Assembly: GCA_964016885.1 (NCBI GenBank)
Contig: OZ024743.1
Location: 19,902,001 to 19,966,000, forward strand
Reading direction: 5' to 3'
Source of the DNA: Eledone cirrhosa
Taxonomy: Eukaryota
Length of the DNA stretch: 64,000 nt
Shown: in pieces, positions 12,298-27,531 of the stretch
How the letters are laid out: the number at the start of each line of letters is the position of its first letter
Numbering within the stretch: position 1 is the first letter of the stretch
The notes under the pieces: generated by a model
The model's input: only the letters and a program-made list of their open reading frames with translations
Told to the model about the DNA's origin: nothing
Databases searched by the model: none
Translations under genes and position numbers: made by a program

Positions 12298-14525
12298 CGT
12301 TTGTAAATGTATAATAAAGCCAAAACAATGCAGGTATGGACATAGAATAAAGAATGCAAATGGAAAAGATATTGTTGACAATTAGTCTTTTATCTTAGAT
12401 TTATTTAAATGTCCTTAATTTTCGAGATAATATCTCTTCTTCAGAGGGAAGTAAAGCTCTCAAACCAGTGTTCTAAATAGCTTGCCAAGTCATGCTGACA
12501 GGAAATGGTATAGAGTATCTGTTCTATCTCTAATGTCAAAGAGTTAAAATTAGGTGGGTAAAGAGTAGTCTCCCTTTAAAAGGGGTTTGTTTTTGTTTTT
12601 TTGTTTTATTTATACATGCCTGTTTAAGTGTGTGGGAGAATGCATGAAGGTGTAAGTATGTGAGTGTGTGTGTGTGAGTGTGAGAAGATATGTCTATTCG
12701 TAAATGTGGGGGATATGTGTTAACTGGTGTTAGAACTGGTTTTGTGTGTGTATGTGTGAGAGAGAATAAGTGGAGGTGTAAGCGTGTGTGTGTGTGTGCG
12801 TGCGTGCGTGTGTGGCGGGGGGGGGGGGGGTAAATATGGGACTAGAAGCTCTATCAGGTTATAAATTGGGTGTTGAGTTCAGCTTTTGTCCTTCACAGTA
12901 GACAACACGTACTTCACCTTCCACCACCACACATACAGACATACAACCGGATTACCCATAGGATACAGCCTATCGGGCCTGCTGGCCATCACCTACATGA
13001 ACCAGCTAGAATGCCGAGCCCTCAACACCTGCCATTCCCATACCTTCTTTACCCGATATGTAGATGACATACTCATCCTTACATCATCCCGTGAGGAGGC
13101 AGATAAAATATACACAACATTCTCCAGCATGCACGCCAGTATAAAGTTCAGCATGGAACACCCCGATGACCGCGGATCCCTATCCCTACTGGACTTCCAA
13201 CTCAGGGTAACATAGGAAGGAAACATCCACACCTGCTTCTATAAAAAAATCCGCCAGCAGGGACCTGTTCGTACATTTCAGATCGGCCCTCCCACTCGGT
13301 GCCAAGTTCGGATACATAAGGAACGAACTGGCACGTATCCGGAACAAATGCACCGACGCTAGAGACCGAGACACACACACTACACATTTCCTGGAAGTAC
13401 TCAAACTGAACGGATACACGAGATCCACCACAAACCGTGCCAGAAAGAACAGAAGACACCACACCCGAGGCACTAACACCTGCTTCCTGAAGCTCCCACA
13501 CTTCAGTGAAGAAACAACAACAGCCATCCGCAGAGCTATCAGACGAGAGGCACTAGATATCCAACTGGCCCACTCAGGTCCTTCTCTACGCGGACAGCTA
13601 ACCAAAAGACACTCCACCAGACATGACAACTGCTGCAGACTAGCCAACTGCCACATCAACGACACAGACCTATGCCACCAGGCTTACGTCGTATACAGAC
13701 TAGAGTATGACAAATGCAACAACTTCTACGTAGGTAGCACCACCAGACCACTCCACATAAGAATAAAAGAACACCTCAATACTAACGCTTCCTCATTTAA
13801 GAAACACCTAGTTAAATGCAAAAACACCGACAAAACCATAACAGTTAGGATAGAATCTAAGGAAAGAAACCTCGGCAATCTTAGAATTAAGGAAGCACTA
13901 ATTATAGATAAAACACAACCACCAATCAATAATAGACTAGAAGTCAACACCCAATTTATAACCTGATAGAGCTTCTAGCCCCATATTTACACACACCCCA
14001 CACACACACACGCACGCACGCACACACACACACACACACGCTTACACCTCCACTTATTCTCTCTCACACATACACACACAAAACCAGTTCTAACACCAGA
14101 TAACACATATCCCCCACATATACGAATAGACATATCTTCTCACACTCACACACACACACTCACATACTTACACCTTCATGCATTCTCCCACACACTTAAA
14201 CAGGCATGTATAAAAAAAACAAAAAAACAAAAACAAACCCCTTTTGAAGGGAGACTACTCTTTATCCACCTAATTTTAACTCTTTGACATTAATGATAGA
14301 ACAGATACTCTATACCATTTCCTGTCAGCATGACTTGGCAAGCTATTTAGAACACTGGTTTGAGAGCTTTACTTCCCTCTGAAGAAGAGATATTATCTCG
14401 AAAATTAAGGACATTTAAATAAATCTGAGGTAAGACTAATTGTCAACAATATCTTTTGCATTTGCATTCTTTATTCTATGTCCATACCTGCATTGTTTTG
14501 GCTTTATTATACATATACAAACGTT
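12296..14525 (+). mobile_element. 5'-truncated PLE (RT plus GIY-YIG) flanked by a ~580-bp inverted repeat; minimal HHR at 14375-14411 (+) and 12412-12448 (-)
   Basis: 12296-12877 is the reverse complement of 13944-14525. GLPIGYSLS, TRYVDDIL and LSLLDF are present; 13680-13965 gives VVYRL..FYVGSTTRPLHIRIKEH..LRIKEAL..IN. HHR: cct-CTGAAGA-a-gagat-att-atctc-GAAA-at-TA-agg. Confidence 0.9.
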
Positions 14526-14724
14526 TATACCTCATTACACAATACTTCAAGTGAACTATAACCTCCTCCTATATATATATATATATCCCTCATAACCGAA
14601 CGGTCCGAAAAAATTGAGATCGATAAAATATGCAACTGACTTGAGGAAATACGTATTCTCTCTCAATATTTCGCTTACTCCTTCTTTATCACATACAGAT
14701 GTGTGTATATATATATATATATAC

Positions 14725-14772
<48 letters not shown>

Positions 14773-14803
14773 CATATATCTATGCGTTTTTGTGTGTTTA
14801 TGT

Positions 14804-14840
<37 letters not shown>

Positions 14841-15080
14841 CATAATATATATATATAATATTATATACATATAATAATATCATATGTATATTATATTATA
14901 TATATATACATTTTGTAATGTAGTTATGCTGGCATGTAGATATGCCAGCATAACTACATTACACAATCGTATGAGTAACTGATGATGTCACATGGAAACT
15001 GTCAATGCTGTATCCATTGCATTTAGTTATGTACTGGGTAATTGCTGGCCTTGTTCCAAAAGTAGAAACAATTATTACTA

Positions 15081-15273
15081 GGTGGATTGGCAGTATCGGT
15101 AGAGGGTCGGACGCCATGCTTTGCAGCAAAGAGTTACGGCCCTTTATGGTCTAAGTTCAAATCCCACTGAGGTTAACTTTGCCTTTCATCCTTACGGGGT
15201 CGATAAAATAAAGTACCAGTAATACACTGGGATAATTGCTGGCCTTGTGCCAAAAATAGAAACAATTATTACT
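15081..15273 (+). mobile_element. tRNA-derived SINE, family A
   Basis: A box TGGCAGTATCGG, B box AGTTCAAATCC, body GCCTTTCATCCTTACGGGGTCGATAAAA, tail ...GAAACAATTATT. It follows a second tail fragment at 15036-15080. Confidence 0.85.
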
Positions 15274-15985
15274 AACTATGTCTTTGAAATATTTATCATG
15301 CAATAAAACAGTTATGTGAACGTAGCTATGTCTTAACACTATTTCGTATATATATGTTAGTGTGTGTGTGTGGAGGGGGGTGTATATGTGTGTATATGTG
15401 TATGTATGCATATATATGCGTGTGTGTACATTCGTACTTATCTCGCCTATCACACTTTTATATATATATACAAAAGGCTTTTATATCCGAGTAAAGAATA
15501 ATAAAGTAAATGTGACTGAATTACCTGCTTAGTTTAACAGCCACTTGGAAGCATACCTCGTTCTTTTTGTTATTTTTTAACATTAACGCAATCCTCAATG
15601 GATCATTTTAAATATTTGCATGTCACAGAGCCATTGTGTTTCTGTTGGTTTTATATAATTATCGCCCTTTTATGCAATATTCCTCGTATTTTATCGTCAT
15701 AAATTATCACTTCGATTTTGTATTAGGAGATGTTATTTCTTGGCATCTAATTCATTATATTAAAGTATTACCTCTCCCTGTAGCTGCCTATTGCAGAGAA
15801 ATTCAAATGACTTATCAAATATTTGCAAAATATTTGCATTACTCATTGTAAACGCCACGCAGTCAACTGAAAATAACTTTTCATATGTGAAGAATGCGGA
15901 TCAACGAAATTTTTCCAAACGAATCCTTAAATATATGTAAATATGAATCTATGTATATCTATATGCATGTATATATATGTATATA

Positions 15986-16079
<94 letters not shown>

Positions 16080-16185
16080 TATATATATATATAAAGTGTT
16101 TCCGTCGGAAAGGTACAGGAAAGCAGAGTTCTCTATGTAAGCTACAGACCTATTTAGTTATGTAATAAACAATATGAGACAATTA

Positions 16186-16258
16186 TTCCATTTACCAAAG
16201 GTTTCACGAAGACAGACGAGCTCGACACAGACGTCTGAAATCGCTCATCAGAATGAAA
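16186..16258 (-). ncRNA. Type I hammerhead ribozyme with all three stems closed
   Basis: tttcatt-CTGATGA-gcga...tcgt-GAAACc-ttt-gGTA-aatggaa. Confidence 0.8.
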
Positions 16259-16388
16259 TTTTTTATTTGATTTGGATGTAAGATATATATGTAAAAAAAA
16301 AAAGGCTAAAATAATTGAAAGCGAGGCTGATCTAAAAAATATAACGGGAGAAAATAGAACGTAATGTAATGGGGAAAAATAATAAATA

Positions 16389-19300
16389 CTAGCTGTTTAG
16401 CTCGGCGTTACTCGGGTTTGTTCATTTGCTATGAAAAGTTACATACAGGTAAACGTAGTTTGAAAGCGAATAAGCTTATCAATTAAGTGCATAAAGCAGT
16501 TGAACCGGTTATTAAAAGTTACGAACCAATTACCATTTTGGACAATCAATGATGGGTTAATAATCTTCCAATAGCGAATTTAGTAGACTAAAGTTGCAAG
16601 ATGATGGCCCTGATGCCGCTGGGTGTCAGATCTGTCCGCTATGGGTGACCCTACCATGAAATAGTTTTCCAGACGGCATAGCTCCAGCACCTGCACCAAC
16701 ATCTATAGCACCCCTTTGTAGATGATATTGCGTGTCATCCCTTGAGGTGTGTAAGCAAAAAGTCCATTCCTGCTCCCTACGCGGGAACAGGCAACATAAA
16801 GTTGGCCATGGGAGAAGCATGGCTCCCCCAAATGGATGCCCGCCACCGACAATATTTGCCCTTGTGACTTGTTAATGGACATTGCAAAACATGGTCTCAC
16901 CGGGAATTGGGATCGCCGGAAATCGAACGGGATATCTGACGCCGAGCGGAAAAGGTTCATCCTTGGACTGAAAACATTCTCCCCCTCTCCCGCACCCCGT
17001 TACAATGGTGGCCTCAATCAAGTGGGGCGTCAGTGACTTGACGACCATGCAAGTACCGTTGCACTGCTTTGGTCGACGCAAGTTCCTTATTAGCATAATG
17101 GGACAGCCAACCCTAAGCTTAAGAATGTGAGGTGTAAGTCCTGGGGGCTCAAGGGAATTTAATAACTCAATCGGATAATTAACAATATTGTCGGAGTCTG
17201 ATGTCCGATCGACAGATTTGAAGATGTGTTCTTTACCGGGAATCTTCTCAATCAGCTGCTCGTTAATAAAATTAACCATGGTATTTTTCGGAGCAAGGAT
17301 GGCTCTTTCGCTGAGCCAATCGAGGTTTTTAAAGTTAGATGAGACATTAGGAAAAACTGCTTCCCAAAGGTCAGAAGGGCTGCTCACAATGTTGCACAGG
17401 GAGTCGATTGCTATGCCGCCCTTGTCATCCGCAGGGACCTCGCCCTCACCAAGTGCTAAAATATTCTGAGCAAATGCTGCAGACATGTTGTTACCATGCA
17501 AATGAGCATGCATATTTGTGCTCAGGTACAAACTCTTCACCTGGAGCCACAACATGGACGACTTAAGGCAGGCATGCACTTCATCAGCTCTTGTCCCTTT
17601 GGGGATGAGAGGCAGCGTTTTCCGAAAATCGCTTGAAAGCAGAAGGGTTACGCCACCCATGGAAGCCGTAGAATCCCTAATATCTTTCAGGATCCTGTCC
17701 AATGCCTCAAGGGCACCTTTGTGTGCCATTGTGCACTCATGCCAAACAATGAGGCAACATCTTTTGAGAACCAGAGCTCGTGTGAACTCTTGCTGATATT
17801 GCATGTTGGTGTCTCAGTTTTTACTAAATCCAAGAGGAGCTTAAAGGTTGAATGTGCTGTCCTGCCTCCCGGCAGCAAAATAGCCGCGATCCCGGACGAT
17901 TCAACGGCCAGCGCAATTTCTTTCTCCTGACGAATCTTAGAGAGAATCAATTTCGTTACATAACTTTTTCCGGTACCCCCAGGAGCACCGTGAAAGTAAA
18001 TACCCCCATCCTGATTTTGAACCGCGTCAATGATAGTTAACCTTTGGTCCGACAGAAGTTTGGGCTCATTTTCCTCTAAGTATTGCGAAAGAGATTCGAT
18101 GTCATATGCTGTTTCCCGCAACAAATCCGGGGCCAACGTGTTAGCTTCCTCTCTGACGGTTGACGGCAAGCCATACGTCGCCAACTCACTCCCACCCATG
18201 TCGAGGAGGGCGTCCTCGATATCAATGAATGCCCTGTTGTAGATAATGTCGCTGTAACTAACTTCCACTGAAGTATACTGCAGATGAGCCAGGCGCAGGA
18301 CGTCCTCAGGCATGAAGTCTCTGTACTTGACACATAAAGATTTGGGATCACCCATTTCACACTTTTGAAGCAAAATGGCAAAGAGTTCCCGTAGACCTTT
18401 AGGTGATTTCAACAAAGCACCCTCTGCTAAAGTGGAATCCCATTGTGAATCATCTTCCGAAAGACCACGCTTAAAACAGGCTTCCCGGTACGTATCACAT
18501 ATTTCTCCATCAACAGTTTTGAGGTCCTGAAAACTTTGTGGGCATACAACTTCACGCAGAAGAAGGCGGAGATGAAAGCACTCATACTGACTTGGGGGCA
18601 CGGTGTAAACCCTTCCAAGACAGCTGTCAAATTTTACACCAGGATGTCTTTTAGCAGCCTTACCTGACTTACTTCGCACCCAAGTGTTTTTCGACCATAT
18701 AAAGTAGGATGGAACCTGGGAGTACACAATCGTTTGCGCAAATGTATCGAACTGGCAAAGTTTGAAGAAACCCGCCAGAGTGGTCGCTTTCGGATAGGCG
18801 GCCAACTTGGCGGCGGTTTGATCCTAAAAGTAAACCCTTTTCCCATTTTCCAAATGTACCGCAAGCTGTACGATGGCGGGGTGACGTTGGTAGGGGTAAA
18901 CCAAATGAGCGCCAGAAAGCTTCATTGCTACTGATGTACCGCCCCGCAAGGTATTCTGTGACCTTGTCCCTGCTATTTTCAGCTTGAAATGCGAACATTG
19001 CGGTATCAGAGTCTTTATTTACATATTTGCATATGTATTTTATCGACTCGGCGGAGTTGCAAAACTCAACGTTGATGTGGGGGTTGAACATTTTCAAGAG
19101 AAGTGGGCAGTAAGGGACCACCCATCTATTGTCGACTTGACCTCCCCTTACTGTTGTGGTGAAGCCACCGTTCTCGGGCCCTCTCCGCCTGTACAGGGGG
19201 TACCCGTCACCACCAGTCTGAGTCTGGTCAACAAATTTTGTTGGGTATCCCTTACTGCACGACCCCCCTTTCAACACGTTTGATGCCCATTAGGACCCGA

Positions 19301-20571
19301 CGCACACGGACCATGTTAGCTTTGACGATGTCATGTAATTCCTGGTCAGTCGCTAGGTTAGGGATTTCAGCCTAAATGAAGCTGTCTATGGCATTTGAAT
19401 TGATTTTATCAGCTAACCAAATCAAAATGTGAGCATGTGGCAGTCCTCGTTTTTGCCATTCGACGGTGAACATGTCACATTTTACAGCCCCAAATACCTG
19501 ACCTTTTTTTTTATTAAAGCCATGAGTTTAGCCAGTTTCAGTCTGAACACTCTAGCAATGAGGTCATGTCTGTTCGAATAATTTTGCCCAGGAAAAAGTT
19601 CACGGGTTACATTCCGATTCATATGTCTATAGCATTAATCTGTTATATGAAGTGTTATTTTGCGGGTTGTTATTTGCAATAAGCCGATTGAAAATGCCCC
19701 AGATAAGCCGTATGTCAATACTGAACGCTCAATACGGAAGGCTCCACTGCAGTGTTGTCATATAGGGAGTGAAGAGTAAAGTAGTTAAATTATAGAGAGG
19801 GGAGGGGGTGAATATTTGTTATTTGATGTAAAATGTAAGTGTGTAAAATGTAACGTTGAGAGAGCAGTATCTATTTAGTGTTATCGGCTTTTTAAATTTT
19901 GATATTTGAAGTATGAGTGTCGCTTAGTTATCAAAGTTATTTTCGCGTTCCCGAACGAAGAGGGAGAATGATCTATTATAGAGAGAGAGAAGAGCGACGG
20001 AGAAAGTGAAGCTAGTGTTAAACCTCGAAGCATGAAGAGAGTAAAGCAGGTAAATTATAGAGAGGGGGAATAATCTATTATAGAGAGAGGGAAGAGCGAC
20101 GGAGAGAGTAAAGCTATGGTTGTTGTATAAATCGATGTGTTGCTTAGGTTTCAAAGTTTGTGTCGCGTTCCTTCAAAAGAAGTTTTGTCGTTGTTCTAAA
20201 CAGTAATGTTGATAGGGTAGTAGACGGAGGTAGTAGACCTTTTAAAGAGAGTTGCAGAGGAGATTGAGAGTAGAGTAGAGGAAAGGATGAACCTTTTAAA
20301 GAGAGTTGCAACATGTATGTAGTTTCAGATATTTTTTATGGTAGTAGTGAGAGGAATGAAGCGTGTAAGAGAGAGGGTTACAGCATGTATTTAGTTTTAT
20401 CGATCTTTTTATAGAAGCAGGAAATGTTTGGCAAAATTAATTACGCGTTGACCTGTCCTGGTAAATTTGGAGCACATTGGGAAAAAATCATCAAAATCGG
20501 TAGAGAAATGTGGAAATGCATAAAAATCATACACACACACAGACAGACATCTACCGTTTTATATATATAGA
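16389..20571 (-). mobile_element. Helitron (RepHel), internally deleted and frameshifted, both termini retained
   Basis: Minus strand starts A|TCTATATATATAAAA..TGTCTGTCTG at about 20571 and ends with a GC hairpin remnant then CAGCTAG|T at 16389. Confidence 0.9.
16703..19610 (-). pseudogene. Helitron Rep (HUH) and PIF1-like helicase, several frameshifts
   Basis: EWQKRGLPHAHILIW (about 19420-19465), [86 protein letters not shown]. Confidence 0.93.
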
Positions 20572-20747
20572 TATAGATATATGTAAATATATACATACAT
20601 AAGCATCTATCCACGCATATATTTATACTCCCACACATTCACATAAACATACGTACATGTACACACATACATACATACATACATACATACATACATACAT
20701 ACATACATACATACATACATACATACATACATACATACATACATACA

Positions 20748-21347
20748 TGGTGGCTCCCAACTCGTTTTCGAGTACGGCCACTACTTTATATCCATGTAAG
20801 AGAACCCCTACCGATGCGCTGAACGAGTGTGACTTTTTAGTCCAGCCAGTGACTTGAAAACTCTGGTACAAACACTACGCTTGTGACAATTATTGACACA
20901 TAGTGCTGGGCCCATGGTACCATGTGACGACAAGTGTAGAGAGATCTCCAGATATAAAGCAATGTCTGTGCCGTGAAGCTTTTATAGTGAGCAAAGGCAC
21001 TGCACAAAGCCAGTCCCACTCTCTTAACCAAGATGATATTTACCAAAGAAAAGATCAAGTCAACATCATTGGATACCATCAGGGTTGCAGGTGTTATATC
21101 AGAGTTTTCCTTCTCCTAGAATTCTGCCTTGACAAAGGCTAAGGAGCCATCTCTCTCGGTGATTTTGGATGGCCATTGACTCTTAAGAGCTCCTTTGCCC
21201 TTTTACACGTTTTGTTTTTAGTCCTGCAGGATGTCCAAAGTCACCCTCCTCACCAAGAAACCTTGGTGGGGTTGCCAGTTTAATCGCCAACGACCCGACC
21301 ATGAGACAGGTTGTACATGTTACCAGTAGCACCAACTGGTGACCTGA
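20748..21347 (-). mobile_element. ~600-bp non-coding interspersed element (RTE 5'-UTR-like motif) inside a (CATA)n array
   Basis: GC-balanced island flanked on both sides by (CATA)n. The minus strand contains CTAGGAGAAGGAAAACTCTG, recalled from RTE-type 5' UTRs. Confidence 0.5.
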
Positions 21348-21409
21348 CATACATACATACATACATACATACATACATACATACATACATACATACATAC
21401 ATACATACA

Positions 21410-21441
<32 letters not shown>

Positions 21442-21454
21442 CATAGACACATGA

Positions 21455-22330
21455 CAGCAAAAAATACCAGAGTGCCATGTTGGTTGCTGGTAACCCTAAA
21501 GGCGAACTAGCACGTCGTTTTAGAAGAGCTTTGGAAAAAATGAACTTTAGGATTAAAAGTAGTAGAAAAACCAGGAGCTACCATAACATCCCGGATCAGA
21601 AAAAAACCTGTATTGATAAAACAGTATTGTTTATAAGATAATCCCACAGATTATGTGTAAAACAAGGAATTTAGTCGATAGCACAAGATGTACAGAAGGC
21701 CAATGCAGAAACAAGACAACGGGATACATAGTAGAGACAGTCAGTAGTATAGGAGAGAGATTAAAGGAATACTGGCTAGAACTTAAGGAGGAGAAAAGTT
21801 CATCAGTGCTATACCAACATGCAAAGCTAGAATACCAGGGCTCAATATATAACATAGAAATAAAGATCCTATCCACACATAGAACTGACACAACAAATTA
21901 CGGAGGCCACTCACATAATAGAAGATAGTCCTAGCCTGAACAGAAAACACGAGTGGAATAGTAATAGCCCGCAACTTAATGACTGAAGATAGAATAAAGA
22001 CACACAACAAGACATAAACAAACAGCAAACGATCCAATCCCGCACACGCACATAAAGAACACGTAAATGTAACAAACAGAAACACACATACACACACAAA
22101 GACCCAGGTGCAAACGCATGCACAGAAATGAAACACAAAAAACGCTCCGCAAAACAAAGACAAGATGGAGTAGATGTTTAAGAACAGGAAAAATACGGAA
22201 GAACAGAACAGAAAATCATTGAAGAGATCATAGAATGTAATATGTGGCGAAAGGACATTGATAAACAATAACGAACAATAAAGTTAAAGTGGAAATTATA
22301 TGGTGCGTGTGTTTCTTTCTATTGGCAACA
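21455..22330 (+). mobile_element. Decayed PLE 3' end related to 8330-10215
   Basis: VVEKPGATI, CKTRNLV..RCTEGQCRNKTTGYIVET..SIGERLKE..SVLYQHA align with ORF 8765-9676. Confidence 0.85.
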
Positions 22331-22357
22331 TCACTATCGCCAAATATAACAATATAA

Positions 22358-22392
<35 letters not shown>

Positions 22393-22483
22393 CGTCTGTA
22401 TTTATGCTCTTTTACTCTTTATATATGTATATATATATATATATATATATAAAGAGTAAAAGAGTATAAATATATATATATAT

Positions 22484-23890
<1,407 letters not shown>

Positions 23891-23892
23891 TA

Positions 23893-24476
23893 ATACTAAT
23901 ACTTCCGTATACATATGTAGATGTACACTTTAACTTAATTGTTTAAGCGTCAGTCATACAAAAGTGAGTTAGAAGCGAAACGAAATTTAATTTCGTTTCG
24001 TTATTTGTTTTTATCGTTTCCGCTGAACCGGTGCGTACAATGACTCACGTTCTATGCAAATTAGTCTACCCACTACTAATTTTCATAGAAAAAGCATATA
24101 ACGATATGTGCTTTTACAATTCTCCAGAGAAGCCGGAAGATGGGTAAATATTGCTGATGAGATGTAATAACATCGAAACTAGTCCAATATTCCTGTCTGG
24201 CCCTCTGGAGAATAGAGGAAATGTGTTTCCTTGAAAACCCGTATGACTCTAAAACCCGGTCCGTCTGTGTGGTTACATACAGACTAGCTGACACTCACTG
24301 TAAAGTGTCTAGTGAAAAGCTGAGTACATGTACATATGTATACATGTGTGTATTTATATGCATACTAATACTTCCGTATACATATGTAGATGTACACTTT
24401 AACTTAATTGTTTAAGCGTCAGTCATACAAAAGTGAGTTAGAAGCGAAACGAAATTTAATTTCGTTTCGTTATTTG

Positions 24477-24482
<6 letters not shown>
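23893..24482 (+). mobile_element. Non-autonomous element with 120-bp direct terminal repeats and a central hammerhead
   Basis: 23893-24012 equals 24363-24482 (period 470). Confidence 0.8.
24147..24191 (+). ncRNA. Canonical minimal hammerhead ribozyme
   Basis: aatattg-CTGATGA-gatgt-aata-acatc-GAAAC-ta-GTC-caatatt. 7-bp stem I, 5-bp stem II, palindromic ACTAGT, GUC site. Confidence 0.9.
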
Positions 24483-24515
<33 letters not shown>

Positions 24516-24554
24516 AGTAAAAGAGCATAAATATATATATATATATATACATAT

Positions 24555-25000
24555 ACTAGACATGAAAAAGGCGCAAGCTCAAAAGAGCCATAGAATGTTA
24601 TAATAAACCTTCAAAAGTGTGGGACTAGAGTTGTTGCTCAAAAATATTGTAATCATTATCTATCATACACTCTGTGGCATCCTTTTATAAAAAAGAGACT
24701 CATAACGAACTCAAGACGACACGATAATTATTTAAGCTAATGTTCAATATCTCATATTAGATGTTTAGTAATGATTAATACGAAATGCACTTAAACCGAA
24801 TTCTATATTATAAATTCACTTAAATAATTATCGTGCCGTCTTGAGTTCGTTATGATTCTTTTTTTTATAAAAGGATGCCACAGAGTGTACGATAGATAAT
24901 GATTACAATATTTTTGAGCAACAACTCTAGTCCCACACTTTTGAAGGTTTGTTATAACATTCTGTGCCTCTTTTGAGCTTGCGTATTTTTCAGGTCTAGT
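24555..25000. repeat. ~180-bp inverted repeat
   Basis: 24555-24736 is approximately the reverse complement of 24818-25000. Confidence 0.9.
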
Positions 25001-25495
25001 TTAATATTTTTTTAAGGCAACGCTTGTAATAACTCTAGTTAAACATGATATATATTAATAATAAATTAGCGTTGTAATGTAATTAGATTATATAATTGTT
25101 ATTTTATAAATGATCTTATAAATATTATTGTAAGATGTATGAAAATATTTTCAGACTCTTAATAGTTAATATAAATTTAAAAATCATATATAAATTAACA
25201 ATATAACTTACCAAAACGAGAAAAATATTTTGATGATAAAACGACGAAATACTGAAGGACGATTCGAAAGCGAAACGATAAATAAACGTGGAAACAAAGT
25301 TGCGGATGCTTTTGAGCAACAATTACTCTTGTTGGTTGATTAGCCAATAACACGATACATTATAAAAGCTGTTTGGGAAGCATAACCACGGCCAGCGATA
25401 CCCCTTGAAATTGTTATTCACAAGCTACATATGTATGTCAGACACGCAGACTTAAAACATTCTGTTGTTAGTCACTGCGTGTCTAACAGATATAT

Positions 25496-25692
25496 ATAGG
25501 AAAAGGTTCAGGACCCCTACGACAGAGCTCAAGCCGTTTCGACGGTTATTTCTGGACTGAAATAGCCGTCGAAACGGCTTGAGCTCTGCCGTCGGTGTCC
25601 TGAATCTTTTCCTATTACCCACTCTACTGCTCAAAGTATCGAGTACTCTGGTGCGTTATGGTCCACCTGGTTCCTTAGCACTACCTTCGTTA
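25496..25692 (+). mobile_element. Palindromic (hairpin) short element, copy 1
   Basis: 120-nt fold-back at 25496-25615 plus a tail shared with 29206-29280. Confidence 0.85.
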
Positions 25693-25853
25693 TATATATA
25701 CAATAAGCGGTCTACATTCAGGGAGCTAAATATGACAAAAGGTTGAACAAGATTCATTGATTAATCAAATAATATAGTTTTACAATAGATTAGATTAATA
25801 TATATAATATATATTTATTAAAATAACAGATTCTTCAAATTTATTATTATTAC

Positions 25854-25894
<41 letters not shown>

Positions 25895-25935
25895 CGAAAC
25901 ATAAGTCAATTGCATGAACTCATAATCCTTTATTT

Positions 25936-25991
25936 ACTGCTATATATATTTCGATGATAGCCATTGAATGGCTATGACCTCATCAGGCAGT
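25936..25991 (-). ncRNA. Minimal type I hammerhead ribozyme
   Basis: actgc-CTGATGA-ggtcatagccat-tca-atggctatcatc-GAAA-tatata-TA-gcagt. Confidence 0.85.
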
Positions 25992-26044
25992 TAGTCAGTT
26001 CTTAGATATGCCAGCTCTGTGAGTATAGTGTTGATGGTATCAGA

Positions 26045-26101
<57 letters not shown>

Positions 26102-26105
<4 letters not shown>

Positions 26106-26221
26106 ATAATAATAAATTTCAAGACTAAAATCCAAAGAGGGCTCGATAAGGATAAATATATATCAAATATATAAGAACGGCGGCGATTCTTTGCTTAAAA
26201 TTTATTCTGTTATTATAATAA

Positions 26222-26261
<40 letters not shown>

Positions 26262-26350
26262 TATTATAATAACAGAATAAATTTTAAGCAAAGAATCGCC
26301 GCCGTTCTTATATATTTGATATATATTTATCCTTATCGAGCCCTCTTTGG

Positions 26351-26351
<1 letters not shown>
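26102..26351. repeat. pLTR fragments of the 820-4212 Naiad family folded back around a (TA)n tract
   Basis: 26102-26177 resembles 820-896. 26131-26226 is the reverse complement of about 26256-26351. Confidence 0.88.
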
Positions 26352-26391
<40 letters not shown>

Positions 26392-26715
26392 TCTAATCTA
26401 TTGTAAAACTATATTCATTGATTAATCAATGAATCTTGTTTAACCTTTGGTCATATTTAGCTCCCTGAAGGTAGAGCGCTTATTCTACAATAGATTATAA
26501 TTAATATTAATAACTCCAGAAAACTTCTACTGTTGAGTGCTTCTAATCTATTGTAAAACTATATTCATTGATTAATCAATGAACCTTGTTTAACTTTATA
26601 TATATATATATATACTTCTACACTCAGCTGTAGAAATGAGTTGTGACATTACTGGTGTCAAGTTGTATCGGCTTTTTCTTTCCTTTGGATAACATTGGGG
26701 ACTGGTATGCATAGG

Positions 26716-27428
26716 CAGTGGTGGACTGGCCAGGTTGCCAGGTTGCCTAGTGGCAAGTGGGCCCCAGGAGGTCCACGGTAGCATTGCAAGAGCCCACAGT
26801 AGCATTGCAGGGCCCACTGTAGTATTTTAGAGGCCAATGCTTTGCTTTCAAAAAATACCTGAAATCTAAGAGGAAAATATAATTTTTTTTTAAATAAATA
26901 AGAGAATTAAGCAAAGCATTTGTTCAACCAATTCCCCAGGGAATTACTAGAAACCAAAATATACGATAGTGCAAATAGCTGGAATAAGTGGTTGTACATT
27001 CTAATAAATCTAAAGCTTAGTGTATTCATTCATGCATGCAAACATACATATATAGACACAGACACACAAGCAAATATATATATATATATATAATTGGAAA
27101 TCAGTAAAATCGAATCTCTGGCGGTTTGCAAGTAAATTCGGCCTACTTATATGAAAGGATGAGTTAGCAAAGCACTCGATAAGATAGGACCTTAGAGTAA
27201 TAACATACGTTTAAATAGCTTGACAAATCGAACATTGTGGTAGGCGAAACTAACACACAATATATACCAAAGCGACGATAGAACTAATAAGGTTGAGAAA
27301 ATATATATATATATATATTTATATACTTACACACGAACTACCGACCAAATAATATTTGGTATCAATGAGTTAAAGACATCTGTCAAATCAATTAGTGCAT
27401 GTGGTGTATATATAGAATTATAGATACA

Positions 27429-27473
<45 letters not shown>

Positions 27474-27475
27474 AT

Positions 27476-27531
<56 letters not shown>

